Shown piece by piece: positions 1 to 10,099 of a stretch of 64,000 nt of DNA. The notes beneath the pieces are model-generated. The model saw nothing but the letters and a program-made list of their open reading frames with translations, did no database searches and was not told where the DNA came from. Source of the stretch: a virus (lineage: Duplodnaviria; Caudoviricetes); IMG/VR virus record IMGVR_UViG_3300031998_000058, positions 1 to 64,000 of that record. One strand, given 5' to 3'. How positions within the stretch are numbered: position 1 is the stretch's first letter; each line of letters begins with the position of its first letter. The position numbers were made by a program, and so were the translations under genes.

Positions 1-15
1 GTAAAAGGAGGGAAC

Positions 16-237
16 ATGGTTAAAGGAAGATATGTCGCACAAGTAGAGATAGATTTTTGTTACAAAGGGAACGCTTCTACCTGTGATGAAATCAGGGAAC
101 GAATGAATAATGGTTGGCTCGACAATACAATCAAAGAACAGGTCGAACATATTGTAGACTACAGTGATCATCATGTCAGAGTCACCAGAATATTCGCAAA
201 TATTATTGATGCAACAGAGGAGAATGAAAATGATTGA
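16..237 (+). CDS. hypothetical phage protein
   Basis: GGAGGG RBS before ATG; 73 aa; part of a coupled small-gene run. Confidence 0.6.
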   Translation: MVKGRYVAQVEIDFCYKGNASTCDEIRERMNNGWLDNTIKEQVEHIVDYSDHHVRVTRIFANIIDATEENEND

Positions 238-418
238 AATTGAAAGAGGCCAATCATATAGGCGTTGCAATGTTTGCTATGGCAAGGTAGATGTATATGA
301 CATCACATTTGTATATAACGGAACCAAACAGGGTTCGCAAATAGCTTTGTGCAAAGATTGCGTAAACGATTTAATTAAAAAACTTAATGCAGTTGTTTCG
401 GGACAGGAGGACGAATAA
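230..418 (+). CDS. small Cys-motif (CxxC...CxxC) hypothetical protein
   Basis: Start re-assigned to ATG at 230, overlapping the end of the upstream gene; CNVC and CKDC motifs. Confidence 0.6.
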   Translation: MIEIERGQSYRRCNVCYGKVDVYDITFVYNGTKQGSQIALCKDCVNDLIKKLNAVVSGQEDE

Positions 419-1038
419 TGGCGAAGTATGTTGATATATCAAAACTGAAATTTGATTTATCTGGACTCGTATATATGGGTACGTGGGATATTTACAAAAC
501 AGCGGAATACTTCATGAGGCAAGTTCAAGCTTTGTCTGCCGCTGATGTTGTAGAGCGAAAACCGTTAAACTTACCAGATATATACGCGGCCAAAGAGTAT
601 GACTCCGTTGCAGATGAAGATGGCAACATGGGGTTCGGGGTGTACGTTCCGAACGAGAAGCAAATCTATATCGCAGGAGATGTACCGTTCGAGGTACGTG
701 CAAAAGCATTGTTTCATGAATTGGCGCATTGGGTTCAACACGAGACGGGAAATAAGTTTGACGAGGACGAGGCGAACCAGTTTGCCGAGAAAGTATATGA
801 AGCTTTGTCTGCCGCTGATGTTGTAGAGGTAAAGCGTGGGGAGTGGATACCTGTTACATACAGATACGAATTCAAAGACAAAGAGTTTCCAAACACAAAA
901 ATAGTATGGATGGATGCTACAGAACCGGACGATATAGAAGGGCTGAAATGTTCTGAATGCGGTACTATATATGACTTTACAGAAGCAAGAAATTGGTGTA
1001 GTGAGTGCGGCGCAAAGATGACGGAGGAAAAAGATTGA
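418..1038 (+). CDS. mosaic phage protein with inserted HExxH (ImmA/IrrE-like) metallopeptidase domain and C-terminal Zn ribbon
   Basis: ALFHELAHWVQH motif; C-terminal CSECG..CSECGAKM; insert bounded by identical 29-bp repeats. Confidence 0.65.
   Translation: MAKYVDISKLKFDLSGLVYMGTWDIYKTAEYFMRQVQALSAADVVERKPLNLPDIYAAKEYDSVADEDGNMGFGVYVPNEKQIYIAGDVPFEVRAKALFHELAHWVQHETGNKFDEDEANQFAEKVYEALSAADVVEVKRGEWIPVTYRYEFKDKEFPNTKIVWMDATEPDDIEGLKCSECGTIYDFTEARNWCSECGAKMTEEKD
527..828 (+). repeat. 29-bp perfect direct repeat (527-555 and 800-828)
   Basis: aagctttgtctgccgctgatgttgtagag occurs twice, 273 bp (91 codons) apart, in frame. Confidence 0.95.
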
Positions 1039-1283
1039 TGGACATAGGAAAGGATTTACAGACAGCTTACGATGAAGGATACAAAGATGGCGTGAAATAT
1101 GCTCAGAGGTGGATTCCCGTATCGGAACGGTTGCCAAAAGAAAAAGGCGGATATCTGGTCACAGGTGGTATATTCAAACAAGTCTTTGTTTATATCGCTC
1201 ATTGGAACGGCAGTTTTTGGGATGTAGAAGATACTGTTTGGGCATGGATGCCGTTACCAGAACCGTTCACGGATGAAAGCTGA
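1038..1283 (+). CDS. DUF551-like phage protein
   Basis: WIPVSERLP...VWAWMPLPEP signature; TGATG overlap with upstream stop. Confidence 0.75.
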   Translation: MDIGKDLQTAYDEGYKDGVKYAQRWIPVSERLPKEKGGYLVTGGIFKQVFVYIAHWNGSFWDVEDTVWAWMPLPEPFTDES

Positions 1284-1353
1284 TAAATAATCTTGTGTTT
1301 TCATTACCGACGATAATGCAAATGCCAATATGTGATATAATGGAGGAAGAAAT

Positions 1354-1551
1354 ATGAGGATGGATTTAACAACAGCACAATGGTTAGTTGAAAAAGCACA
1401 GACTGATATGTCTGTATTCCCTGTAGAATTTGACGAGTGCGAAAAATGCGGTGCAGCATATCTCCCGTTTCTGGATCACAACTGCGAACAGGTGCTAGAT
1501 GTCCCGACACACCATGTTAAAGAAACCGACAAGATTGAGCCAATAGCATGA
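1354..1551 (+). CDS. hypothetical protein (CEKC...HNC)
   Basis: GGAGG RBS; ATGA coupling to next gene. Confidence 0.55.
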   Translation: MRMDLTTAQWLVEKAQTDMSVFPVEFDECEKCGAAYLPFLDHNCEQVLDVPTHHVKETDKIEPIA

Positions 1552-1808
1552 TAGGAGAACGTAGGATGCAAGAAGTATTAGAAAAATACACTTTTGTTTT
1601 GAAACATGAACTTGTAATAACAACAGATAATGGAGAAATATCAAAAGTTCCAATCGACGAACCTTTGGTTTTCACCCATTCCACCATTAGGGGGAGCAAG
1701 TATCCTATTTCCTGCAATTCTCCAGTTCTAATAAACGAAGTGCTCGAACGCTGCAAGTGCGAAATGATTAACCGTTTAGCTGAAAAGGAAGGACTGAACA
1801 AATGTTAA
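1548..1808 (+). CDS. hypothetical protein
   Basis: coupled ORF, 86 aa. Confidence 0.55.
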   Translation: MIGERRMQEVLEKYTFVLKHELVITTDNGEISKVPIDEPLVFTHSTIRGSKYPISCNSPVLINEVLERCKCEMINRLAEKEGLNKC

Positions 1809-1978
1809 AAACTAATGTAATCAAAAAGGAATATATACTGATGATCCGCAATTCGGATAGCAACGAAAAGAAAATGATAACAGTCAATGCCGAAAGCCTG
1901 GAGTCTGCAAAGCTGAAGATTCCGGTTGGATGGGTGTTCATGGAATACGCAAGGAGTGAGGCGAATGAACAATCATAG
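1802..1978 (+). CDS. small hypothetical protein (58 aa, below ORF-track cutoff)
   Basis: ATG at 1802 gives MLKTNVIKKEY...EQS*; fills the gap between neighbours. Confidence 0.45.
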   Translation: MLKTNVIKKEYILMIRNSDSNEKKMITVNAESLESAKLKIPVGWVFMEYARSEANEQS

Positions 1979-2246
1979 CGACAATCAGGACGATTTCTGG
2001 AAACGCACCTGGGAAGTTGATGACTTCATTGAAGAGTATAACTGGGAAGTTGACCGCTGCAAGCGTAAGGAGAAACAGTCTTCGTTTTTCGTGGAAGACA
2101 AACCGAAGAAAAAGAAGGATGTTCGGGATCACTTCATCGTCAAGCATACTGTAATAGCCCTGTGCATACTTGGCGGTATTTTTGCGCTGACATTCTGGAA
2201 TCCGTTCTTCTGGATCTTGTTTTTCGTGGTTTTATTCCTAGTGTGA
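1965..2246 (+). CDS. small membrane protein
   Basis: AAGGAGTGAGG RBS before ATG 1965; hydrophobic C-terminus. Confidence 0.6.
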   Translation: MNNHSDNQDDFWKRTWEVDDFIEEYNWEVDRCKRKEKQSSFFVEDKPKKKKDVRDHFIVKHTVIALCILGGIFALTFWNPFFWILFFVVLFLV

Positions 2247-2249
2247 CAA

Positions 2250-2281
2250 AGCGGGGCTATTGAATGCCCCGCTATTTTTTT
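2250..2281. terminator. intrinsic terminator between convergent arms
   Basis: 8-bp stem agcggggc/gccccgct followed by a T-run on +; short A-run on the other side. Confidence 0.8.
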
Positions 2282-2283
2282 GG

Positions 2284-2715
2284 TTATTTCCCGAAATACA
2301 TAATGTCAAATCTTGGGCACACATCCTGATCGGTTCCCCATACTTCCACTGAAATCACTCCTGTTGTTTGAACGAACACGCAGGCATAGCCCTCAATAGG
2401 CGCCTGGCCTCCAGCCCCAACACTTGCATAAATCGGAGCTATCATGTGAAAATTATTCATTGACGGGGCATACATTGCCGGAATCTGAGTGCTGCCACTA
2501 CTGTACTTTGTCTTAGCCCTGTATGATAGCAAGACTAATTTTCCAAACTTATAAATCGTTACCTCTTCATCTACGACAATCTGTTCTACGTCAAATGTCC
2601 CCGTGGAAAGGGCAGCAAGCGTATCAGCAATAGCATTCATCTCTGAAGCATTAAGCTCCGGTGCTGTATCATTTACAAATCCAGGATTGACATATTTTCC
2701 ATCTTGTATTGGCAT
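2284..2715 (-). CDS. putative tail-tip/fibre-associated protein
   Basis: last gene of tail operon; N-terminal PELNASEMNAI motif typical of fibre-type proteins. Confidence 0.45.
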   Translation of the reverse strand: MPIQDGKYVNPGFVNDTAPELNASEMNAIADTLAALSTGTFDVEQIVVDEEVTIYKFGKLVLLSYRAKTKYSSGSTQIPAMYAPSMNNFHMIAPIYASVGAGGQAPIEGYACVFVQTTGVISVEVWGTDQDVCPRFDIMYFGK

Positions 2716-2738
2716 ATTAACTTCTCCTTTTCCAATTC

Positions 2739-3026
2739 TTAATCAATAATGTCTGACAGGTCAGGCATTTTATCAAAACCTTCTTCAAATTCTATAATTG
2801 GTTCGAATTCTTCTTTGGCTTCTTTCTGTTCTTCTGTTTCTTCCGCCTGTTCAGGCTCTTTTGGTTCTTTCGGTACAGTAATCCTCTCTACCACAACATC
2901 TGCAATATCAGAATTTGACTTGCGGTATTGTACAGAATCACAAATCCAATATTTACCTGTCTCACCGGTAACTTCTTTTTTGCGTCCGTCATGGAAGATT
3001 ATAAATTTCTTTTTCACTTTAGCCAT
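2739..3026 (-). CDS. hypothetical protein, acidic C-terminus
   Basis: AAAGGAG RBS; 95 aa. Confidence 0.55.
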   Translation of the reverse strand: MAKVKKKFIIFHDGRKKEVTGETGKYWICDSVQYRKSNSDIADVVVERITVPKEPKEPEQAEETEEQKEAKEEFEPIIEFEEGFDKMPDLSDIID

Positions 3027-3072
3027 TTCTTTTTCTAAACTCCTTTACTATTCAAATAAGTATTTTTTGTCA

Positions 3073-4299
3073 TTAAGTTCCAAGTGGTATTTCTACTACA
3101 GTGAATTCAGGAATATCCACCGTAGATATAGCGGAAATTGTCATGGCGCCGTTGCTGGCAAGCGGTCTTGAAAATCCCTGCACCAAATGTTTTTCTGTTG
3201 GGCTGCCTTCCTTGTCTGTCCGTATGATCTCTATTAGCTGATTCTCCTGTATATGAAAAATCTGAGATGCGGATACGCTTACTGCCTTGGATAATACAGT
3301 CGAGCGTTTCAGTCTCCATGTAGCCAGGTCAATGCACTGCTGATTATTAGCATATCCAGACGATGTTTCTCTTATGGTCTTTCGTCCTATGACCTGTATG
3401 CTGGTATCCGAACGGCCATCTACATTCTGTACTCTTCCGTAAGGCTGTGAACCATTGTCAAGTTTCTCGCCTACGATGATATAATCATTGAACACTTCTT
3501 CATTTCTGATGTCATAAGTCAATCCCAACAATGTCGTTTCGTTCATGTTGAACGTCCACTGCACAGGCTTTTTAATATCATCCACCTGTTCGTTGGATGG
3601 TTCTATTAAAAGGCTTCCCGATCTGTCATAACCTACGATTCCAACAAGCATCTCAGCAAAGCCTGTTATAACATCCGAAAGCGTTCCTCCGGAATCTATC
3701 AACAACGTATATGGTGTCGATTCCCATTCGGTGTACATATTGGTGATCGGAGTCGAATCTACCGGAATCCCATTTCCCTTATCTTCTTGCAGCAAAGCCT
3801 TAATCGCATCAAACGGGTCTGAATCTACTGGAATCTGGTACGAACCTTCAAGTTTCCCATATAGCGTTCCGTCCAGGTTCGCCCATTTATCTACGAGGCT
3901 GTATTCTATTGTCTTTCCTACGGGCTGTATAGACTCAACAGGTCTGGTAAGCAGGAACACTCCCTGTTGTATGTAATAGTCCGTCCCATCAGGAAGAATC
4001 AAGCCTTCGTCTATTGCTATTTCCTGTCCGAACCATAAGTGCTTCACACTGAAATCAAATTCGCCATCAATATTATCGAACAATACGCTTGCCGTTCTTC
4101 TCTGTCCGCTCTGGAAGTTTACAGACAGATTTCCCTGGGCAATGAATGCTTTGCTCCTCCGTTCGCTGGTTGGATTGTTCACGTTGTTGTCTATCGCGAA
4201 CGCTACGCTTCCATCTGGATTCAAAAATCGTAACCGGCACAACTTCTGAAACGGCATTCTTAAAGCCTTCATGTATGCATTAATTCTTTCGTCTGTCAT
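3073..4299 (-). CDS. tail tip/baseplate hub (Tal-like, DUF5048-like) protein
   Basis: 408 aa, position in tail-tip module, hub-like C-terminus (IGRKTIRE..SGYANNQQCIDLA). Confidence 0.6.
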   Translation of the reverse strand: MTDERINAYMKALRMPFQKLCRLRFLNPDGSVAFAIDNNVNNPTSERRSKAFIAQGNLSVNFQSGQRRTASVLFDNIDGEFDFSVKHLWFGQEIAIDEGLILPDGTDYYIQQGVFLLTRPVESIQPVGKTIEYSLVDKWANLDGTLYGKLEGSYQIPVDSDPFDAIKALLQEDKGNGIPVDSTPITNMYTEWESTPYTLLIDSGGTLSDVITGFAEMLVGIVGYDRSGSLLIEPSNEQVDDIKKPVQWTFNMNETTLLGLTYDIRNEEVFNDYIIVGEKLDNGSQPYGRVQNVDGRSDTSIQVIGRKTIRETSSGYANNQQCIDLATWRLKRSTVLSKAVSVSASQIFHIQENQLIEIIRTDKEGSPTEKHLVQGFSRPLASNGAMTISAISTVDIPEFTVVEIPLGT

Positions 4300-4316
4300 T
4301 TTTCACTTCTCTCCTA

Positions 4317-5321
4317 TCAGGCGCTCGCTCTAAACCGTTCAGACATGTACTGCACAAGTCTCTCCGCATCTACAATCATTCGATCATTTATAATTACTGC
4401 ATGCGCTTCGCATCGTTCTTGCATTGCATATCTCTTTGCCTCTTCTGCCATGGAATCATATAGTGGCTTGTATCTCTGATAACATGCACTCCACATAATC
4501 AAAGACTTCTGAAGCATCTGTAAAGTTTTTGGCTCATTCCATTTCTGGAATTCCAGCTTCAGGTACAAATCGTAAATCATCCCTGCTATCATGTGCTTGG
4601 CTACATCCAGCATTCCGCGTTTCAAGAAATCTTCGATATTCATGGAATCACTGATGATATGAAGGTAATAGTCTTTCTCAAAGCGATTCTTCTTGCACCG
4701 ACAAATGCTGTCTGGATTATGTTTCCAGATATATATCGGCATCTTACATATGACTTTTTTCTTCGCCAGGTATATTGCTTGCCATAGGAAATAATTATCC
4801 CCCGATACCTTCAAGGATTCCGCCCATTGAATATGATTCTCTGTTAAGAAGTCCCGTCGAAAAACTTTTGCATGAACGAAATACGGGTCTTTCTGTCGTT
4901 CTATGTACTGGTATTTCCCTGTTTTCGAATCATACAACTCTTCAAAAAACGATGCCGTCAGCATATCAAATCCATCATTGTTATCAATCGTCTCAAATAT
5001 CTTATAGAGTCCAAGCGCATGTGAGAAGGTGTCATCCGCGTCACAACACATAACATACTCAGCAGTCGCATGATCCAAAAGTATGTTCCTTGTTGCGGAT
5101 ACTCCGCTGTGTTCATGTACCATGTATCTGACTTCGAAAGGATACTTACTCTCAAGTGTTACCGAACCCAGTAATACATCTGTGCCATCATTGCATATGA
5201 TTACGCCAACATCTTTCTCCAAGTCAATCCCCTGTTGCATAGCTATAGAATCCAATAGTCTGCAAACAAGTGCTTCACTCTCATGATAATGTGGTATCAG
5301 CATTTGTATTTTTAAAGCCAT
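4317..5321 (-). CDS. glycosyltransferase family 2 (GT-A fold), copy 1
   Basis: LIPHY start, ICNDG, HSGVSATRN, DxD motif CDADD. Confidence 0.9.
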   Translation of the reverse strand: MALKIQMLIPHYHESEALVCRLLDSIAMQQGIDLEKDVGVIICNDGTDVLLGSVTLESKYPFEVRYMVHEHSGVSATRNILLDHATAEYVMCCDADDTFSHALGLYKIFETIDNNDGFDMLTASFFEELYDSKTGKYQYIERQKDPYFVHAKVFRRDFLTENHIQWAESLKVSGDNYFLWQAIYLAKKKVICKMPIYIWKHNPDSICRCKKNRFEKDYYLHIISDSMNIEDFLKRGMLDVAKHMIAGMIYDLYLKLEFQKWNEPKTLQMLQKSLIMWSACYQRYKPLYDSMAEEAKRYAMQERCEAHAVIINDRMIVDAERLVQYMSERFRASA

Positions 5322-5349
5322 TAATATCCCCCTGTATTTTTCTTTTGAC

Positions 5350-7176
5350 TCACGACTGCGACCATGACATGATTCGATCCGAAAGCGTTCCCCAATCCGA
5401 ATCTGCTAAATAAGCCGAATAAAGGCTTGCCGGAACTACAATAGAACCATATTGTCCTTCTAGGTAAGTAGAATCCATAATCGGAGTATTGTAAAAAATA
5501 CCACTTATATTGTTTGTGGTAACTACGCTTGATGCCATGAACCAAACAGAAGTCAGGTGTTCGCATGCTTCAAACGCACCATCATCTATATAACTCACCA
5601 TCGGAAACTTAGCTGTAGTCAACGAATAGCATCCGTAAAAAGGACCTATCCCTATAACTTGTGCGGAAGGGAATGCAACGCTGGTTAGCATTGTATTTTG
5701 AAACATTCCCTCTGCTATCGAAATAAGGCTATCAAAATTAATTGACGATAATGACGTTTTGTATGCAAGTGCGTTGCTTACGGCCTCTTGTATCAAAGGA
5801 AAATATACTTCTTCTACGGAATCTGGAACGAATGGGTCAGGCAAGGAACCACTTAAAGCCGGAAAGTCCATTATGCGTATGCTATAGCATCCGTAGAACA
5901 CGTTGCTTACAGCAGTTGTACACACTGGGAAGGAGGCCACTTCAAGATTAGTACAACCTGCAAACGCATTTTCATTAAGGTATTCACACGCTGGGAAATA
6001 AGCTAACGAAATACCACAGTTTTCAAAAGCAAACGCACTGATCTCTGTACAGGCAGGAAAGGATATGCTCTCTAATGCGTTACATTCAGCAAACGCTGAT
6101 CCCGGTATAACGGTCAGCAACGGGAACGTCGCTTCTGACAGTGAACTGCATGATTGGAAAGCCTCTCTATTCATAAACGTACATGACGGGAATTCGACTG
6201 TCTGCAATGAATAGCATCCATAAAACGCCCCATTTTCTATGTATGAGCAGTACGGAAAGCTCACGCTGCTTAAAGATTCACACTGCGAAAAAGCACCACT
6301 CTCTATTTTTGTGCATGCAGGAAAACTTGCTGTTTCAAGGCTATAACACCCAGACATCATTTCGCTTGGTATAACGGATAACAGCGGAAATTCCACATAT
6401 GATAAGGAAGTACAATCCTGGAAAGCATTAGCACCTACATCAATACAAGATGGAAATATTGCTACTGACAATGCGGAACAGAATATAAACGCATCACTTG
6501 CTATATATGCACATGCGGAAAAACTTATTGTCTCTAAGTTCGTGCATCCCGCAAACGCACCGGCTGGAACGGATGGTAGGGCGTTAAAATATACACTTCG
6601 CAGTCCGTCACAATCAGGAAATCCATCTATTTCCGTGCAATAAGGAAAGCTCAGTACATTTATTGTTGACGCTACATCTGCGCTATATAGCGATGAAGCA
6701 TTTCCTATCATCATTAGCGGCTGGTCAAGTGCGATTCCACTACCTGAAACATTTACGGTCACTTGCGAGTATCCGTCATAACCGTCTGTTGAAGCATTGA
6801 AAATACCATTGTTCGAAATGAATTTTGAACCTAAATTTCCTGCTCCCGATACACTCACCGTTATATTTACGCTTGCATAATCTTTAATGTCTCGAATGTA
6901 AGTGCCATTGGACTCAAATGATAGTGATGTTGTTCCGCTCGGAAGAGGCACGTTAACATTAACCGGAGAATACCCATCAACACCGCTAGGCGCGGAATAC
7001 GTTCCATTAGCGGAAACGCTTAACGGCTGTATCACTCCACCTCCACCAGAAATCGCATCAATGGCAGACATATATCCTTGTGGAAACGATAATAAGGCGC
7101 TTGTTCCGCCCTTTGTACGAATCTTATTTGCTACTGCTGTCATATCACTCTTAGATACTATATATTCGTCTGCCAT
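5350..7176 (-). CDS. BspA-type (LRR_5) leucine-rich repeat protein with fibre-like N-terminus; putative receptor-binding protein
   Basis: N-terminal MTAVANKIRTKGGTSALLSFPQG anchor; NGTY repeats; many ~22-aa L.s..FP.C..I...AF..C repeats; C-cap TPI..GQYGSIVVPASLY..W..RI. Confidence 0.85.
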   Translation of the reverse strand: MADEYIVSKSDMTAVANKIRTKGGTSALLSFPQGYMSAIDAISGGGGVIQPLSVSANGTYSAPSGVDGYSPVNVNVPLPSGTTSLSFESNGTYIRDIKDYASVNITVSVSGAGNLGSKFISNNGIFNASTDGYDGYSQVTVNVSGSGIALDQPLMMIGNASSLYSADVASTINVLSFPYCTEIDGFPDCDGLRSVYFNALPSVPAGAFAGCTNLETISFSACAYIASDAFIFCSALSVAIFPSCIDVGANAFQDCTSLSYVEFPLLSVIPSEMMSGCYSLETASFPACTKIESGAFSQCESLSSVSFPYCSYIENGAFYGCYSLQTVEFPSCTFMNREAFQSCSSLSEATFPLLTVIPGSAFAECNALESISFPACTEISAFAFENCGISLAYFPACEYLNENAFAGCTNLEVASFPVCTTAVSNVFYGCYSIRIMDFPALSGSLPDPFVPDSVEEVYFPLIQEAVSNALAYKTSLSSINFDSLISIAEGMFQNTMLTSVAFPSAQVIGIGPFYGCYSLTTAKFPMVSYIDDGAFEACEHLTSVWFMASSVVTTNNISGIFYNTPIMDSTYLEGQYGSIVVPASLYSAYLADSDWGTLSDRIMSWSQS

Positions 7177-10067
7177 TAGAACTCCTCTCCGCTCGCCGCA
7201 GGAATGTTGATAACTACGCTGTTATACGCAGTCGTGTCATAGGTTCCGCTCTCTGTTATGATCAGTGTTGTCTGTGATACTAATGTTCCGTTCTGAACCA
7301 CTTTACCTTCATCCGATGCCGTGTACGTATTTGGGACATTTACAATTACAGAATTGTTCTGTGTCGTATCGTAAGTCCCGTTACTCCCGATGTTCTTGCT
7401 GGTCTGAGCAACCAAAGCATTTCCGCTGACGACTTTTCCCTGGTCTGCGGAACCATAAGTGTTTGGCACATTGACAACAGCTGAATTATTCAGAGTGGTA
7501 TCAAAGGTTCCGTTGCTTCCAATGTTTGTAGTAGTCTGGCTTACAAGCCCATCTCCGCTTACAACCTTGCCCTGGTCTTCCGCAGTGTATGTGTTCGGAA
7601 CGTCAACAACCACTTCGTTATTCAGTGTAGTGTCATAGGTCCCGTTCGATTCGACGTTCATACTGGTCTGCGGTTCGAGCACGTTTCCATTAACGACTTT
7701 TCCCTGGTCGCTGTCGCTATAAGTATTCGGCACATTGACATTAGCCTGTGCGTACTGCCTGATCTCATACAATCCGTTCACTTTGATAGGTATCGTTCCA
7801 GTCGGGATAATCGGAGTGCCGGTATCATCTTCATAGTAATCTTCACTATGCTCAATATCTTCATAGGAAACAATGTGTTCCTTGTTCGAAAGGCTCCCAA
7901 CTTCTACCCATGAGATAGATACTTCCTGTGCCTGAGACAGCGTATTATCCATTGATGTCATTCCTATTGCATCTGAAATTCGAATCTTCAGAATGTCTCC
8001 CTTTCTGGTCTTCAGGAACAACGGATTTGTCGTGATGGACAGTTCGTATATAGCATCCCTCTGCTGCCTCGTATCCATGTAATTGATTTCTGAATACTCA
8101 GTCAGATTCAGAACGCCTATCAGACTGGAAAGATTTCCGCTCTTATAGTTTTGCGGAGCAAGCTGTACAGTCGGATATTTTGTAAAGTTCGGAAGTACGG
8201 AAGGTTTGTTGTTATTGGATACCTGTCCAGTTTTAACATTCTTATCAAAATCAAATTCTTTAAGGGCGATATAACATTCTCTTTCCTCGTCATACACACA
8301 TTCAATAATCGAGTACACAGAGTTCTTTATCCCGAAAGGAGTATCACTTCGGATCGCCGTACCAGTCGTATGCCCTTCCTCGCCAACAAACACGGGTGCG
8401 ATTTCATACAGATACTTTGTACCATCGGTTCGTGCCGTGTAGTCATAGAATCCGGTAGCACTCACAGGGAGAAGTGCCATTGGCTCTGAAATCTGATCGT
8501 TCTCTTCCGTTCTGTAAATAGCCCATCCAGATAACTCTTTCCCAAAGTAATACAAAGAACCTGCATTCAGCCCTGCTTCAAAAGTGGCGTAGAACACCAG
8601 ACCATCTACCGAAATAGGCTTAGATGCTTTTTTATCGTACATGGCTTTCACGATAGCCGGAAGCAACTCTTCGTTCGTAATCATCACTTCCAGGAAATAA
8701 CACAGTTGAGTTCCATATACTCTCACGGAAGTAATGTCACTGAATGTTACTCCAGTAAGCGTATCAGTTGTCTTGTCTGTGACATACATGGTGTCTTCTT
8801 GCGGATAAAGGTCATCAGCAGGATACAATGTTTCTGACGGATATAAACCACCTGTCATATAGTCTATCCGCAGATAGAACGTCGGGTCTCCGTTTTCGGG
8901 AACCACAAGTATCGTTGATATGGTAGACTCCCACCATATCGGGCTATATGATTGCAGAACGGTGCTACCCTTCTTTAATTTCAACGTCCTTGTGGAGTGC
9001 GTATAAACAAGGCTCACTACATCGGAACTATTGGAAGCACCAAGTTCCCAAAGAATCGCATCAGCCTTATTAAGTTTTCCCTTATACATGAGTGTCCACG
9101 GAGTATCAAAATCCATTGGGCGTTCGCTCACGGTGTCCCATGTTACATAATCGTCCGTTGAATAAAGCCGCAGATTATCTTTCGCAGTGATTTTGTATTT
9201 ACCGGTCGGAACTCCTGGAATCGTAAATGCACCTTTCCATTCGACACGTATTGCCGACTTTGTTTGAGATGGCGTTACAGCAATCGGAAAGTCCATGGTT
9301 ATCTGTTCGTAATCTGCTATGAAACTATGCAGGTCGGATGTGTACGGTCTTCCGTACCGGTCTCTCGCTGTACACTGTAAGACATATGACACACCATTAA
9401 TAAAGCCTGAATAATACAGAGACAAATCCCCAGACCCATATATTTTGCCAGTGTCATAAATCGTGTCTCCGACTATGGGGTTCTGTATATCTCCATCATT
9501 GATTGACAGAACCCACCGGAACCACTGCAAGTTGGTATCTGTGAACGAAAGAAAGTCGAAAGTTTTTTCTCGTGCTGTGATTGTATAGCATTGCGGGTCT
9601 GTGGGATCATAACCACTTTTTCGCACAAAAGTAGCAGGGTATGCTGTTTGAAAAGAAACCGGTCCGGTTTTAATTCCATGCCTTTCTACATCATAAAGGC
9701 TTAGTCTTTCCTCATACCACTGTGTAATCACAAGGCTATATTGACGGCCGTTTCCATAACCCTTTCCATCCGATACCGGTGGCAATTCACTATTCGGAAT
9801 CGTATGTGAGTACCGCTGTATTTCTCCAAGGCTGTCTCTTCCGTAGAACGGACACCCTTCTTCAATCCAGGGAGATTCATATATGAGCCGACTTTCAAAA
9901 TCATCAGCTTCCATCGTCATGTCATATATTCTGAGTATGCAATCTTCCATTGGGGAAGGCCCATTAACTTGCCAAGATATTGTGAGGTCTTCCCTTGCAT
10001 CAACCGTTCCATCCTCAGTGCTATTCATTAGACTTGGTATGATATTTGTCGCCTTATATAAAGCCAT
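7176..10067 (-). CDS. minor tail protein (Dit-like/tail-tip) with C-terminal tandem repeats
   Basis: directly after tape measure; LYPSETLYPADDLYP motif; four 44-aa repeats. Confidence 0.65.
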   Translation of the reverse strand: MALYKATNIIPSLMNSTEDGTVDAREDLTISWQVNGPSPMEDCILRIYDMTMEADDFESRLIYESPWIEEGCPFYGRDSLGEIQRYSHTIPNSELPPVSDGKGYGNGRQYSLVITQWYEERLSLYDVERHGIKTGPVSFQTAYPATFVRKSGYDPTDPQCYTITAREKTFDFLSFTDTNLQWFRWVLSINDGDIQNPIVGDTIYDTGKIYGSGDLSLYYSGFINGVSYVLQCTARDRYGRPYTSDLHSFIADYEQITMDFPIAVTPSQTKSAIRVEWKGAFTIPGVPTGKYKITAKDNLRLYSTDDYVTWDTVSERPMDFDTPWTLMYKGKLNKADAILWELGASNSSDVVSLVYTHSTRTLKLKKGSTVLQSYSPIWWESTISTILVVPENGDPTFYLRIDYMTGGLYPSETLYPADDLYPQEDTMYVTDKTTDTLTGVTFSDITSVRVYGTQLCYFLEVMITNEELLPAIVKAMYDKKASKPISVDGLVFYATFEAGLNAGSLYYFGKELSGWAIYRTEENDQISEPMALLPVSATGFYDYTARTDGTKYLYEIAPVFVGEEGHTTGTAIRSDTPFGIKNSVYSIIECVYDEERECYIALKEFDFDKNVKTGQVSNNNKPSVLPNFTKYPTVQLAPQNYKSGNLSSLIGVLNLTEYSEINYMDTRQQRDAIYELSITTNPLFLKTRKGDILKIRISDAIGMTSMDNTLSQAQEVSISWVEVGSLSNKEHIVSYEDIEHSEDYYEDDTGTPIIPTGTIPIKVNGLYEIRQYAQANVNVPNTYSDSDQGKVVNGNVLEPQTSMNVESNGTYDTTLNNEVVVDVPNTYTAEDQGKVVSGDGLVSQTTTNIGSNGTFDTTLNNSAVVNVPNTYGSADQGKVVSGNALVAQTSKNIGSNGTYDTTQNNSVIVNVPNTYTASDEGKVVQNGTLVSQTTLIITESGTYDTTAYNSVVINIPAASGEEF
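7200..7745 (-). repeat. four 44-aa (132-bp) repeats VxVPNTY...DQGKVV...NGTYDTT
   Basis: seen directly in translation; boundaries approximate. Confidence 0.85.
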
Positions 10068-10099
10068 ATTTTACAGTGCTCCTTTCATGGCAGAATGAT

